Below the pieces are notes generated by a model that saw only the letters and a program-made list of their open reading frames with translations, was not told the DNA's origin and ran no database searches. The translations under genes were made by a program, and so were the position numbers. From Octopus vulgaris (Eukaryota): DNA of 64,000 bases. Of this stretch, positions 1 through 10,033 are shown piece by piece. The DNA lies in NCBI GenBank assembly GCA_951406725.2, contig OX597814.1:176514001-176578000 (forward strand), read 5' to 3'. Position 1 is the first letter of the stretch. The number at the start of each line of letters is the position of its first letter.

Positions 1-329
1 GTAAGTGGATTTGGTAGATGGAAACAAAAAAAGCCTGTCACGTATATATATATATATATATAAATATTTAAAAATTGAGGGAGATAAATTAATATTAATT
101 TTAATATCAATTTAAAACCAGTAGTCCAGCATTCAAAAAATCTGAGGAGTCAGAGAAAATTCAAATATATGTGTATATTGGCAGGGCTGGCCTGCTAGGT
201 AGCCGGCCAGAATGCTAGAAAAAGATCATCAACGATCAAACTACAAGGGAAATTCTCTAGAGGAAGAATTCAGCGAACACCAGAACCAAATTTGGCGGGC
301 AGGACATATGAAAAATTAAATAAAAAACA

Positions 330-416
330 GACTTAAATGCATACCTCGGTTTCGGTCTTAACAAAAGAATTACTTGCATAATTCAAGTGTCCGTGACTTC
401 TTCAGTACATTCGGTC
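330..416 (-). ncRNA. Type I hammerhead ribozyme (copy 1)
   Basis: Reverse complement reads GAATGTA-CTGAAGA-AGTC...GACC-GAAAC-CGAG-GTA-TGCATTT; stem I GAATGTA/TGCATTT; stem II extended by GAATTAT-GCAA-GTAATTC. Confidence 0.75.
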
Positions 417-874
417 TTCGAGATGCAAACCGCAAGACTAACCCCAGCTCTCTGTGTCAAGACAGACACGTGCTTAGTCTTACTGATTACATCGGGAATA
501 AAATTTCAAATGTCTTGGTTCCGGCGCGCTAAGAGACTCCTGAAGCGAAGGGCTGCAGTGAATAATTCACTGCGGGTAATGCTTACAACTAGGGAACGTA
601 TTTATTTAAATATTTAAAAATTGAGGGAGATAAATTAATATTAATTTTAATATCAATTTAAAACCAGTAGTCCAGCATTCAAAAAATCTGAGGAGTCAGA
701 GAAAATTCAAATATATGTGTATATTGGCAGGGCTGGCCTGCTAGGTAGCCGGCCAGAATGCTAGAAAAGATCATCAACGATCAAACTACAAGGGAAATTC
801 TCTAGAGGAAGAATTCAGCGAACACCAGAACCAAATTTGGCGGGCAGGACATATGAAAAATTAAATAAAAAACA

Positions 875-961
875 GACTTAAATGCATACCTCGGTTTCGG
901 TCTTAACAAAAGAATTACTTGCATAATTCAAGTGTCCGTGACTTCTTCAGTACATTCGGTC
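875..961 (-). ncRNA. Type I hammerhead ribozyme (copy 2)
   Basis: Identical to 330-416, 545 nt away. Confidence 0.75.
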
Positions 962-1043
962 CTCGAGATGTAATCAGTAAGACTAAGCACGTGTCTGTCT
1001 TGACACAGAGAGCTGGGGTTAGTCTTGCGGTTTGCATCTCGAG

Positions 1044-1130
1044 GACCGAATGTACTGAAGAAGTCACGGACACTTGAATTATGCAAGTAATTCTTTTGTT
1101 AAGACCGAAACCGAGGTATGCATTTAAGTC
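1044..1130 (+). ncRNA. Type I hammerhead ribozyme (copy 3, inverted arm)
   Basis: CTGAAGA 1055-1061, GAAA 1107-1110, cleavage triplet GTA 1116-1118, stem I 1048-1054 pairing with 1119-1125. Confidence 0.75.
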
Positions 1131-1285
1131 TGTTTTTTATTTAATTTTTCATATGTCCTGCCCGCCAAATTTGGTTCTGGTGTTCGCTGAATTCTTCCTC
1201 TAGAGAATTTCCCTTGTAGTTTGATCGTTGATGATCTTTTTCTAGCATTCTGGCCGGCTACCTAGCAGGCCAGCCCTGCCAATAT

Positions 1286-1324
<39 letters not shown>

Positions 1325-1330
1325 TATATA

Positions 1331-1515
1331 TCATCATCATCGTTTAACGTCCGCTTTCCATGCTAGCATGGTTGGACAATTTGACTGAGGACTGGCAAAC
1401 CAGATGGCTGCACCAGGCTCCAATCTTGATCTGGCAGAGTTTCTACAGCTGGATGCCCTTCCTAATGCCAACCACTCCGAGAGTGTAGTGGGTGCTTTTA
1501 CGTGCCACCGGCATG
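1331..1515 (-). mobile_element. SINE family C ((GAT)n tail, GGCGTTAGGAAGGGCATCCAGCTGT core)
   Basis: Many copies across the window share the body and the CATGCTAGCATGGAAAGCGGACGTTAAACGATGATGA end. Confidence 0.75.
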
Positions 1516-1897
1516 AGGGCACACACACATACATATATGTGTGTGTGTGTGCCTTTGTGTCTGTGTTTATCCCCCACCACAGCTTAACAACTGGTGTGGT
1601 GTGTTTACGTCCCCATAACTTAGCAGTTTGGTAAAAGAGACTGATGGAAACAAAAAAATCAAGTACTGGTGTCGTTTCATTTAACTAAAAATTCTTCAAA
1701 GTAGTGCTCCAGCATGGCTTTTGTCTAATGACTGAAACAAGTAAAAGATAAAAAATAAATAAAAGAACATTTTAGTGAGAATGTGTGCGAGATAAACTGT
1801 ATGAAAGTTTGAGTGCCGCCTGGTAAATTTGAATCTGAAATATTTTTATTCAAGTTTATCAAAGGCTCTGTTTATCAGTTGAGAAAAATTATCAGGA

Positions 1898-2183
1898 ATC
1901 ATCATCATTTAACATCTGCTTTCCATGCTAGCATGGGTTGGACGATTTGACTGAGGACTGGCAAACCAGATGGCTGCACCAGGCTCCAATCTGATCTGGC
2001 AGAGTTTCTACAGCTGGATGCCCTTCCTAACGCCAACCACTCCGAGAATGTAATGTGTGCTTTTACTTGCCACCGGCATGAGTACCAATCAGGTGGTGCC
2101 GGCAATGTTCACACTCAAATGGTGTTTTTACGTGCCACCTGCACAGGAGCCAGTCCAGTTGCATTGGCAATGACCTTGCTTGT
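1898..2183 (-). mobile_element. SINE family C copy
   Basis: Same body and tail as 1331-1515. Confidence 0.75.
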
Positions 2184-2224
2184 AACCCTGGATTAATTTG
2201 ATCTTTTTGGGGGTTTTTTTTTTC

Positions 2225-2585
2225 TTATTTGTTTCAATCATTGGATTGTGACAGCGCTGGAGAACTTTGAAGGGTTTTAGTAGAACAAATCAACTCCAAT
2301 ACTTATTTTTTTTAAGTTTTGTACTTGTTCCGTCAGTCTCTTTTGCCAAACTATTAACTTACAGAGGTGTAAACAAACCAGCACTGGTTGCAAAGCAGTG
2401 GTATAAGGGACAAACATGGATGCAAAGACATACAGTTTCTCTCTTCCAAATTCACTCACAAGGCATTGGTCAGCCCAGGGTTATAACAGAAAACACTTCC
2501 ACAAGGTGTCACACAGTGGGACTGAACCCAAATCTATGCGGTTGTAAAGCAAACTTCTTAACCACACAGCTGTGCCTGCACCTAC
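2225..2585 (-). mobile_element. SINE family B (tRNA-derived head, CCTTGGGCAAGTGTCTTC core), diverged
   Basis: Similar to the copies at 29487-29849 and 62334-62680. Confidence 0.65.
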
Positions 2586-2691
2586 AGATGGTCAGTGTTT
2601 GGGGAAAAAATAAATAAATGGTCTCCAGCATGGCCACAGCCTTAGGAATAAAGAAATAGCTGGAATATTTTTGATCAATATGTCTACTCCA

Positions 2692-2926
2692 AAGGCGGCA
2701 AGCTGGCAGAAACGTTAGCATGCCGGGTGAAATGCTTAGCGATATTTCGTCTGCCGCTACGTTCTGAGTTCAAATTCTGTCGAGGTCTACTTTGCTTTTC
2801 ATCCTTTTGAGGTCGATTAAATAAGTACCAGTTGTGCACTGGGGTCGATATAATCGACTTAATCCATTTGTCTGTCCTTGTTTGTCCTCTCTGTGTTTAG
2901 CCACTTGTGGGTAGTAAAGAAATAAG
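2692..2926 (+). mobile_element. SINE family A (tRNA-derived; central domain resembles the Meta-SINE core)
   Basis: A-box-like GGCGGCAAGCTGGCAGAA, B-box-like GAGTTCAAATTC, GCTTTTCATCCTTT..GGTCGAT core; 13-bp TSD TATGTCTACTCCA at 2679-2691 and 2927-2939. Confidence 0.85.
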
Positions 2927-3169
2927 TATGTCTACTCCATCATTTCAGACCATGGACTACTACTACTACCACCACCACCACTACTACAACTACTACTACC
3001 ATTACTACTTGACCCATTTCTCTGGAATCTTTAACCTCTCTTAAAACTGGAGAAATAAGTGCAGATTGTTATTATATCAAGTGTGTACGGTAATTTGATA
3101 GGCTCTCTAATGAAATTGACTTATGAGTAGCTTGTTTAAAATATAAACTGAATGCTCTGTCTCCCCTCT

Positions 3170-3207
<38 letters not shown>

Positions 3208-3604
3208 TACACACACATACATATACCTACACACACATATATAAAGTTCTGAGCAATCAGATATAAATTTAATCACTGCTCGCAAAATTGTTTGCTAACA
3301 GGGATGGAGGACAATATAAATTTACATGTAAATGTTATATGAGGTCAGACTTCATGCTTTTTTATGGTGCTGGCATGGTAGTGTCGTAAAGAAACTCATT
3401 TTGCAACTATGTGGTTCCAGGTTCAGTCCCACTGTGCGGCACCTTGGGCAAAATGTCTTCTAATATAACCCCAGGCTAATCAATGCCTTGTGAGGGAATT
3501 TCGTTAGACAGTAACTGTCTGGAAATCTGTTGCATATGTGTACGTGCATTATTTTGCTCGCTTCAGTCATTTGAATGTGGCCACGCTGGAGCACCGCCAT
3601 ATAT

Positions 3605-3807
3605 ACTCTCTTTTACTCATTTCAGCCATTTGACTGTGGCCATGCTGCAGCACAGCCTTCAGTCGAGCAAATCGACCCCAGGACTTATTCTTTGTAAGCC
3701 TAGTACTTATTTTATCAGTCTCTCTTGCCGAACCACTAGGTGATGGGGATGTAAACACACCAGCATCAGTTGTCAAGCAATGTTGGGGGACAAACACAGA
3801 CACACAA

Positions 3808-3853
<46 letters not shown>

Positions 3854-3960
3854 GACAGGCTTCTTTCAGTTCCCGTCTACCAAATCCACTCACAAGGCTG
3901 TAGTAGAAGACACTTGCCCATGGTGCCACACAGTGGGACTGAACCCAGAACCATGTGGTT
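3605..3960 (-). mobile_element. SINE family B copy with internal (TA)n expansion
   Basis: Matches 19540-19937. Confidence 0.7.
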
Positions 3961-4049
3961 GATAAGTTTCATGTTGCAAGACAGTGTGTGAGAGAGAATC
4001 ATAATGCCATAGGAGAGAAATATGTCTGCATGGATGTTGGCTCATTTGC

Positions 4050-5080
4050 ATTTTAATGAGGCTGCAAAGAGAGAGACTTGGAGACACCACTATGAAAGGT
4101 TGCTAAATGAAGAGAATGAATGGGTAAAAGAGAGCCTGCCAAATGTCAACTCAACAGAGGGACCAGCTATCCAAGTTGACAGTACCTTGGTTGATAAAAC
4201 AATTAAGGGTATGAAGACAAGGAAAAGTCCTGGCCCATCAGGAATCACAGCAGAAATGCTTAAATTATCTGGCGGTGTAGGTTATAGTCTAGTCACCCAT
4301 ATAGTCAACCAGGTGATACATGAAGGAGTCATACCTAATGACTGGTGTAGCACCATAGTCAACTGCTACAAAGGTAAAGGTGATGCATTAGATAGGAATA
4401 ATTACAGAGGTATCAAATTGTTGGATCAGGTGATGAAAGTCATGGAGAGGGTCATAGCCCAACTAATTAGGGAGAGAATTAGTTTAGATGAGATGTAGTT
4501 TGGGTTTGTGTCAGGGAGAAACACCACCAATGCTGTATTTCTGGTAAGACAGCTACAGGAGAAATTCCTAGCCAAAGATAAACCTCTGTATTTGGCTTTC
4601 ATTGACATAGAGAAAGCCTTAGACAGGGTCCCTCAATCACTTATCTGGTCGTCAACGTGGAAACAAGGGATAGTTGAGTGGTTAGTGAGAGCTGTATAAG
4701 CCATGTACAGGGATGCTGTCAGTAAGATGAGGGTTGGCAACATATATAGTGAAGAATTCCAGGTAGGTGTAGGGGTCCACTAAGGATCAGTCCTTAGCCC
4801 CCTCTTATTCATCATAGTCATCCAGACAATAACAGAGGAATTCAAGACAGGATACCCCTGGGAGTTTCTCTGTGCTGATGACCATGCTCTAATAGCTGAG
4901 TCACTACCAGAACTAGAGATGTTTCAGGTGTGGAAGCAAGGTCTACAATCGAAGGGCCTTAGAGTCAATCTAGCAAAAACCAAAGTCTTAATAAGTCGGA
5001 AGGCAGACAAATCACAACTCCTTTCATGTAGATGGCTCTGCTCAATCTGTAGAAAAGGCATAGGTAGAAACTCCATAAAA
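4050..5080 (+). pseudogene. Degenerate RTE-clade LINE reverse transcriptase fragment
   Basis: Motifs GPSGITAEMLK, IPNDW, YKGKGD..NYRGIKLL, FIDIEKALDRVP, GVH*GSVLSPLLF, CADD; several in-frame stops. Confidence 0.9.
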
Positions 5081-5511
5081 AGTACCCTCATTTCTGCCAG
5101 TTTGCTACCTTAAATAATCTTTTCTACTCTAGGCACAAAGCCCGAAATTTTGTGGGAGGGAGCCAGTTGATTAGATTTGAACTCAAAACAAAGACAGACG
5201 AAATACCACTAAGCATTTTCCCTGGCATGCTAATGATTCTGCCAGTTCACCACCTTACAGTAAAATTACATTGACTTATGTACTGTTGTTTGTTTCTACC
5301 CGATATATTTTTGCCAGTCTCTTCTTATTTGGCTACTTACTACTTGAGTATTAATATGGTTATTATTTGGTTTAAATTGTTGCAGTTTGGCAATACAACT
5401 TTGGTAATACAAGTAGTGAGAGACTGCAGTACAGATGTCTGATGAAAGTGAGGACAGGTTTATCAATTAGATAACCTAATTTTCGATTATGTGAAACTGT
5501 ACAGAAATAGA

Positions 5512-6400
5512 TATTGTTAAATTCGGGGATGTTCATATCTTTTGCCAATTAACAACACACACTGTATACTTCTTATTCACTTCAGCTTTATTATTATTCT
5601 TGTTTTATTGTCCTTTGTCTGAAATCTTTCATCACACGTCCTGTGACCTCTTCAGCAACTTTCCATCCCACATGTCTCCTCCTGGTCTGTTTAGTCAATT
5701 CTGTCTTTCTGTTGTGTATATCCTTATCTGCATATATGTTTGTGTCTGTATCTGTGTGCTTGCGCATGTGTACATATGTCTATGTGTGTATGTATATGGG
5801 CTTGCTTACTACACAGTACTTGTCTTTTATTTAGTTTTTTGTTTATTTATTTATTCTCATTCCGTCTTTAGTACGTGTATGTGTAACTCCTGTGTGTATA
5901 TGGGTTTATGTATTATACTGATTGTATATGTCTTCTTTTTTTCTTTTTTCTTTGGGAAAAAGAAAAAAAGACGCAGATACAAACAGTATAATACATAAAT
6001 CCATACACACACACACAAGACACACATATACATAGTTAAGACGGAATGAGAAAAATAAAATAAATAAACGAATAAAAAATTGAATAAAAGACACAGGTAC
6101 AAACAGTGTAAGCAAACACAAATACAATTACATAAAACACACATACTAAACACAGACAAGCGAAAGAACACACACATACACACGTATGCGCAGATAAGAA
6201 TACACACCACAGAAAAACAGAATGTACTAAACAGAGGTGACATGTGAGAGGGACAGTTGTTGAAGAGGTCACAGGACGTGTGACGAAAAATTTCAGACAA
6301 AGAACGCTAAAAGAATAATAATAATAAAGCTGTGAAAAACAAGTATACAGTGAGTGTTGTTAATTGCCAAAAATATGACCATCTCCAAATATAACAATAA
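5512..6400. mobile_element. ~890-bp foldback (inverted repeat) element with a degenerate HHR in each arm
   Basis: 5512-5950 is the approximate reverse complement of 5956-6400; arms contain (C/T)TGAAGA-GGTCAC..GTGA(C/T)-GAAA(G/A)ATTTC. Confidence 0.7.
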
Positions 6401-9400
6401 TGACCTTATTATATGTGGTAAGAGACGTTGTTGTTTGTTAGCTCTTATTCAGTCCTAGGGTATCAGGTTTATGATCAAGTGTATTCCAGCCATGACATCG
6501 TATTTGTGTACTTAAGACTACATTCTCCAATGTGTACTTTCTTTTTAAAGACGTAGAGTGTAATTTAAGGGACATTTGGTTGCGATTTCTAACAAGTCGA
6601 GCGACTGCGTCAACGCTTCTTTGTTGGCTCAGAGTAACTATGTGTATAAATATATATCGTGTCTACAATATTCCAAGTGTGGTAGGGCATATCTGCAGTT
6701 CGTATATAATTAGAAGCTATTCAGTGCTGTAAAGGAACCCCAAGCTTTTCTAGTGTAGAGGAATCGCTAGCATTTGTGTATGTTTTAAATGAATTGTTCA
6801 TACGTAAAAGTGTACAAATGTGTGGATTTATTTTCTTGAGATTTTCGTGTCATCATGCCTGTGTTAATAAGACAAGGTCAAGTTTATTAAGATATGACCA
6901 TCAAAATTATACGTGATTGTGCTCAGAATACAAATGAGCATTGTAGAATTGCGTAATCTGAATTTTGGAGATAATGTGGTCAGAGGTAACCAACCATATT
7001 AGGTCACTACATAGGTTGGTTATTTAGAGAAAAAGAGTTGTGTATTCGGTAGCTAGACATCTTACTGACACAGAGCAAATTTCCATTATCTTTCACTTCA
7101 ATGGAACATCCTGTCATGAAGTTTCTGAGTTCGGTTGTTGTTTAATCCAAGTCAGCTCTGATCAAGCAGGACTTTTTTTTTTTTTTTAATTTTACCCCCC
7201 CCTCCTTTTGTCCTCTTTTTTCCTTTTATGATCCCTTTTGATCATAACCGCCTTTTTTTACCCCCAAAAGAAAAGCTCTACCTTGTAATTTGTCCTGTCT
7301 GTATGCAGCCCTGTGTGGCTAATAAAGAAACATATATTCAAAAGTGTTTCATCCGTGACCACATCGTCTATTTTTTTCCTTTTCAAACACAGCGTATGGA
7401 CGTAAAACGAATAAAATATATTAAGGACTACATCATTTAATGTGTCCTTCCTTCTTTAAAACAGTACAGTGATTCAAGGGAGGGCTTGACTGCTGTTTTT
7501 AGCATGCCAAGCAACCACGTGAAAGCTCCCATGTAGGTTTGCAGTTAAAATCCTATTGTTGATTTTACCTTTCATCTCACCAAAAGCAATTGCTTTATAA
7601 ATTATGAGTCTGACTTAATTGACAAGACCCACCTCTTAGACATTCCTTCTACAAACCCATAGACTTAGCCAATAAGTATTTGGCAAGGAACGTGAAATGT
7701 TTTGCTGTCTTTGTGCATGATTATTATTATGCTTTCTAGATTATTAGAGATTAGCATTAGAGAGATGGATTGGCAACCCGTCAGAGCGTTGGACAATAAA
7801 CTTTTTACCGTCTGAGCTCAAATCCTGCTAAAATCAACCTTACTTTCAACATCCTAGGCTCGATAAAATATGTATAAGGAGTTGAGTCGATATAATTGAC
7901 TCCAAAAGTTAGGACTTAGTGTCGCTGTTAGAAATCAGTATTTTTGGTCAGCTTGACCTCGCAAATAGCAGAATAGTTATATGTTATATTTTCTCCCTAT
8001 CTCATCCATCATTACACTCTCATTCTGTCTTTCTTTTTTCTCCCATATTCATCGTTATATGTATGTACAAATAAGTGGAGATAATTAAATTACAACTTAA
8101 ATCCACTAATTAAAAAAAAAACTATAATTACAATTGTTGTCTTATCCAATTTTGATACCGTAAACAATTTTTTAAGAACTAATTCGTTAAGCAACTGTTT
8201 TTGTCGGGTTAACGAAGTAGCTTCTAAATTGTCGTTCAACTTGCTAGAAATAACAGCCAAATCTCTCTCAAACCATACACTTCTTTCTTAAATAAAGAAT
8301 AAACAAATTAGATAAGGAATCGGCAGTCTTGACTAGTCAAAGATCTACTCAATCAAAACTGACCCGATAGGAAACATTCTGTTTTTATTTATAGTTGTTG
8401 CCTGCGTAAACTTTCGTACTTTAATCCTCCCATATGGTGTAGTCATCAGCTGTGATTACAACACGTTGAAATGTACAGCATCTGGAGAATTTAATGATGC
8501 ATTCCGAAAATATAATTAATATTCTCAAATGTTTTCGATTACTAAAAATATGCCATGACACAATTTTTGTTGTTTTAACATTAGTAAATTTGCCTTTCCC
8601 TTTTGTTATATTTCCTAAAAGCTGCTTTTATTTTTAACTCTCAGAAATCTATCAGAATCGCTCGCCCACTCGAAGAACTTATATTTACATTCGTATGATA
8701 GATAGCTAGATAGATAGATAACATAACTACTGGCATTAGTAATAAATACATACTACAATATATCTTGATTTTAGGTAAACTAATGTTCTTAAATTGGACT
8801 AAAATGAAACTTACAAAAACTCTTCACTTCTTTTATCGACACGAATTTGTTTATTATAATTAAGTAAACAACTCATAGATGTGGGTTTTATTCTTTGGTT
8901 TAGTATGAATTTAATGATTATCTATTTTTATTTTCTGTCATCCTAACCTGCCTCAATATCATAAATATGAATGCAAAGCTATAAATTTTTCTCTATCGAC
9001 ACGTTACAACCAAAGTTAGCGAAGAAGACTTGTTGGTTGGTCTGCCTCCACCGTGCTTATTATTTCCCGCAAAATCTTTATCGGGAATCCGCTTTTTTTT
9101 TTTTTTTATCTAGTTAACTAATTATTTATCTAAAACGAAAAATTACGTTTTCTTTTGTTATCAATTGAAACTAAATCGGCTAATGAATGACACGGACTCA
9201 CTGACCTTTGTTCTACGTAGGAAAAGACAAACAACATTCCTGGCTTAAACTGCTTCGAGTTGGTCTTGTCTCGTTTAAACGCAACCAAACCAACGACTGG
9301 ATTATATATATATATATATATATATTTATCTATAATTATAATAATAATAATGTCTGTTCTTTTGTAAGAAACAGGGGTCTCTAGAGAACCTCTTCCACGA

Positions 9401-9854
9401 TATTTTCCAATGTAAGTTCATGTCTTTTGATTTTCATATTCATTTGTGAATATTTTATTTCAGTGACGTTGCTAATAATGTGCTTTGGCGAAAAGGCATT
9501 TAAGACACGAATGTGTTAATATCAGCCCCAAGACACGAATGTGTAATATTAGTCCCAATACTTGTAAAATTATTTTATTTCGCTGTAATTGAGTAATCTA
9601 TGTATGCCCTTAGAGAAAGGCATCACTATCGCGATTTTTCTTCCCTATATGTAGATCTGTCAAGCCTTTGGCCTTGTTGTTTTGTTTATTAATTTCTGGC
9701 TATCTTAATGCTGATGTTTAGCTCTCAGGCCAACCCTGATTGAGCAGACATGCGATCAAAGGCATTCCAGCCATGACCATCTTGTCTTTTTAATATCATT
9801 ATTCCAGTGTGTCTTTCTTTATTTGATTTGACAGAGTGATCTGATGTTATATTT

Positions 9855-10033
9855 GTTCGTCTGCGGTTACGTTCTGAGTTCAAATTCCGCCGAGGTCGAC
9901 TTTGCCTTTCATCCTTTCGGGGTCGATAAATAAAGTACCAGTTACACACTGGGGTCGATGTAATCGACTTAATCCCTTTGTCTGTCCTTGTTTGTCCCCT
10001 CTATGTTTAGCCCTTTGTGGGCAGTAAAGAAAT
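9855..10033 (+). mobile_element. SINE family A copy, 5' truncated
   Basis: B-box, core and TAAAGAAATA tail. Confidence 0.75.

Larger units (their letters stand above)
61..1292 (-). mobile_element. Young non-coding Penelope-like/retrozyme-like element: 545-546 bp head-to-tail repeat (61-606, 607-970) plus inverted arm (~967-1292), inserted in (TA)n
   Basis: 61-425 recurs at 607-970 with 1 indel and 1 substitution seen; 967-1292 is the reverse complement of ~167-493; (TA)n on both flanks; each copy carries a hammerhead core. Confidence 0.8.

Noticed and set aside
140-156. CTGAGGA-GTCAGA-GAAA as a plus-strand hammerhead
   Set aside because: No stem II pairing and no stem I or III
387-617. 76-aa ORF within the HHR repeat
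   Set aside because: GTG start, antisense to the ribozymes, no recognisable motif
2692-2780. tRNA gene at SINE heads
   Set aside because: A/B-box-like motifs only; no cloverleaf, and the sequence continues into SINE body
1337-3991. Recurrent ORFs such as WLALGRASSCRNSAR and IHSQG...EDTCP, here and throughout the window
   Set aside because: Translations of non-coding SINE copies, not a gene family
5600-6300. 132-aa and 147-aa Cys/Val/Tyr-rich ORFs on opposite strands
   Set aside because: Translations of TG-rich low-complexity arms of the inverted repeat
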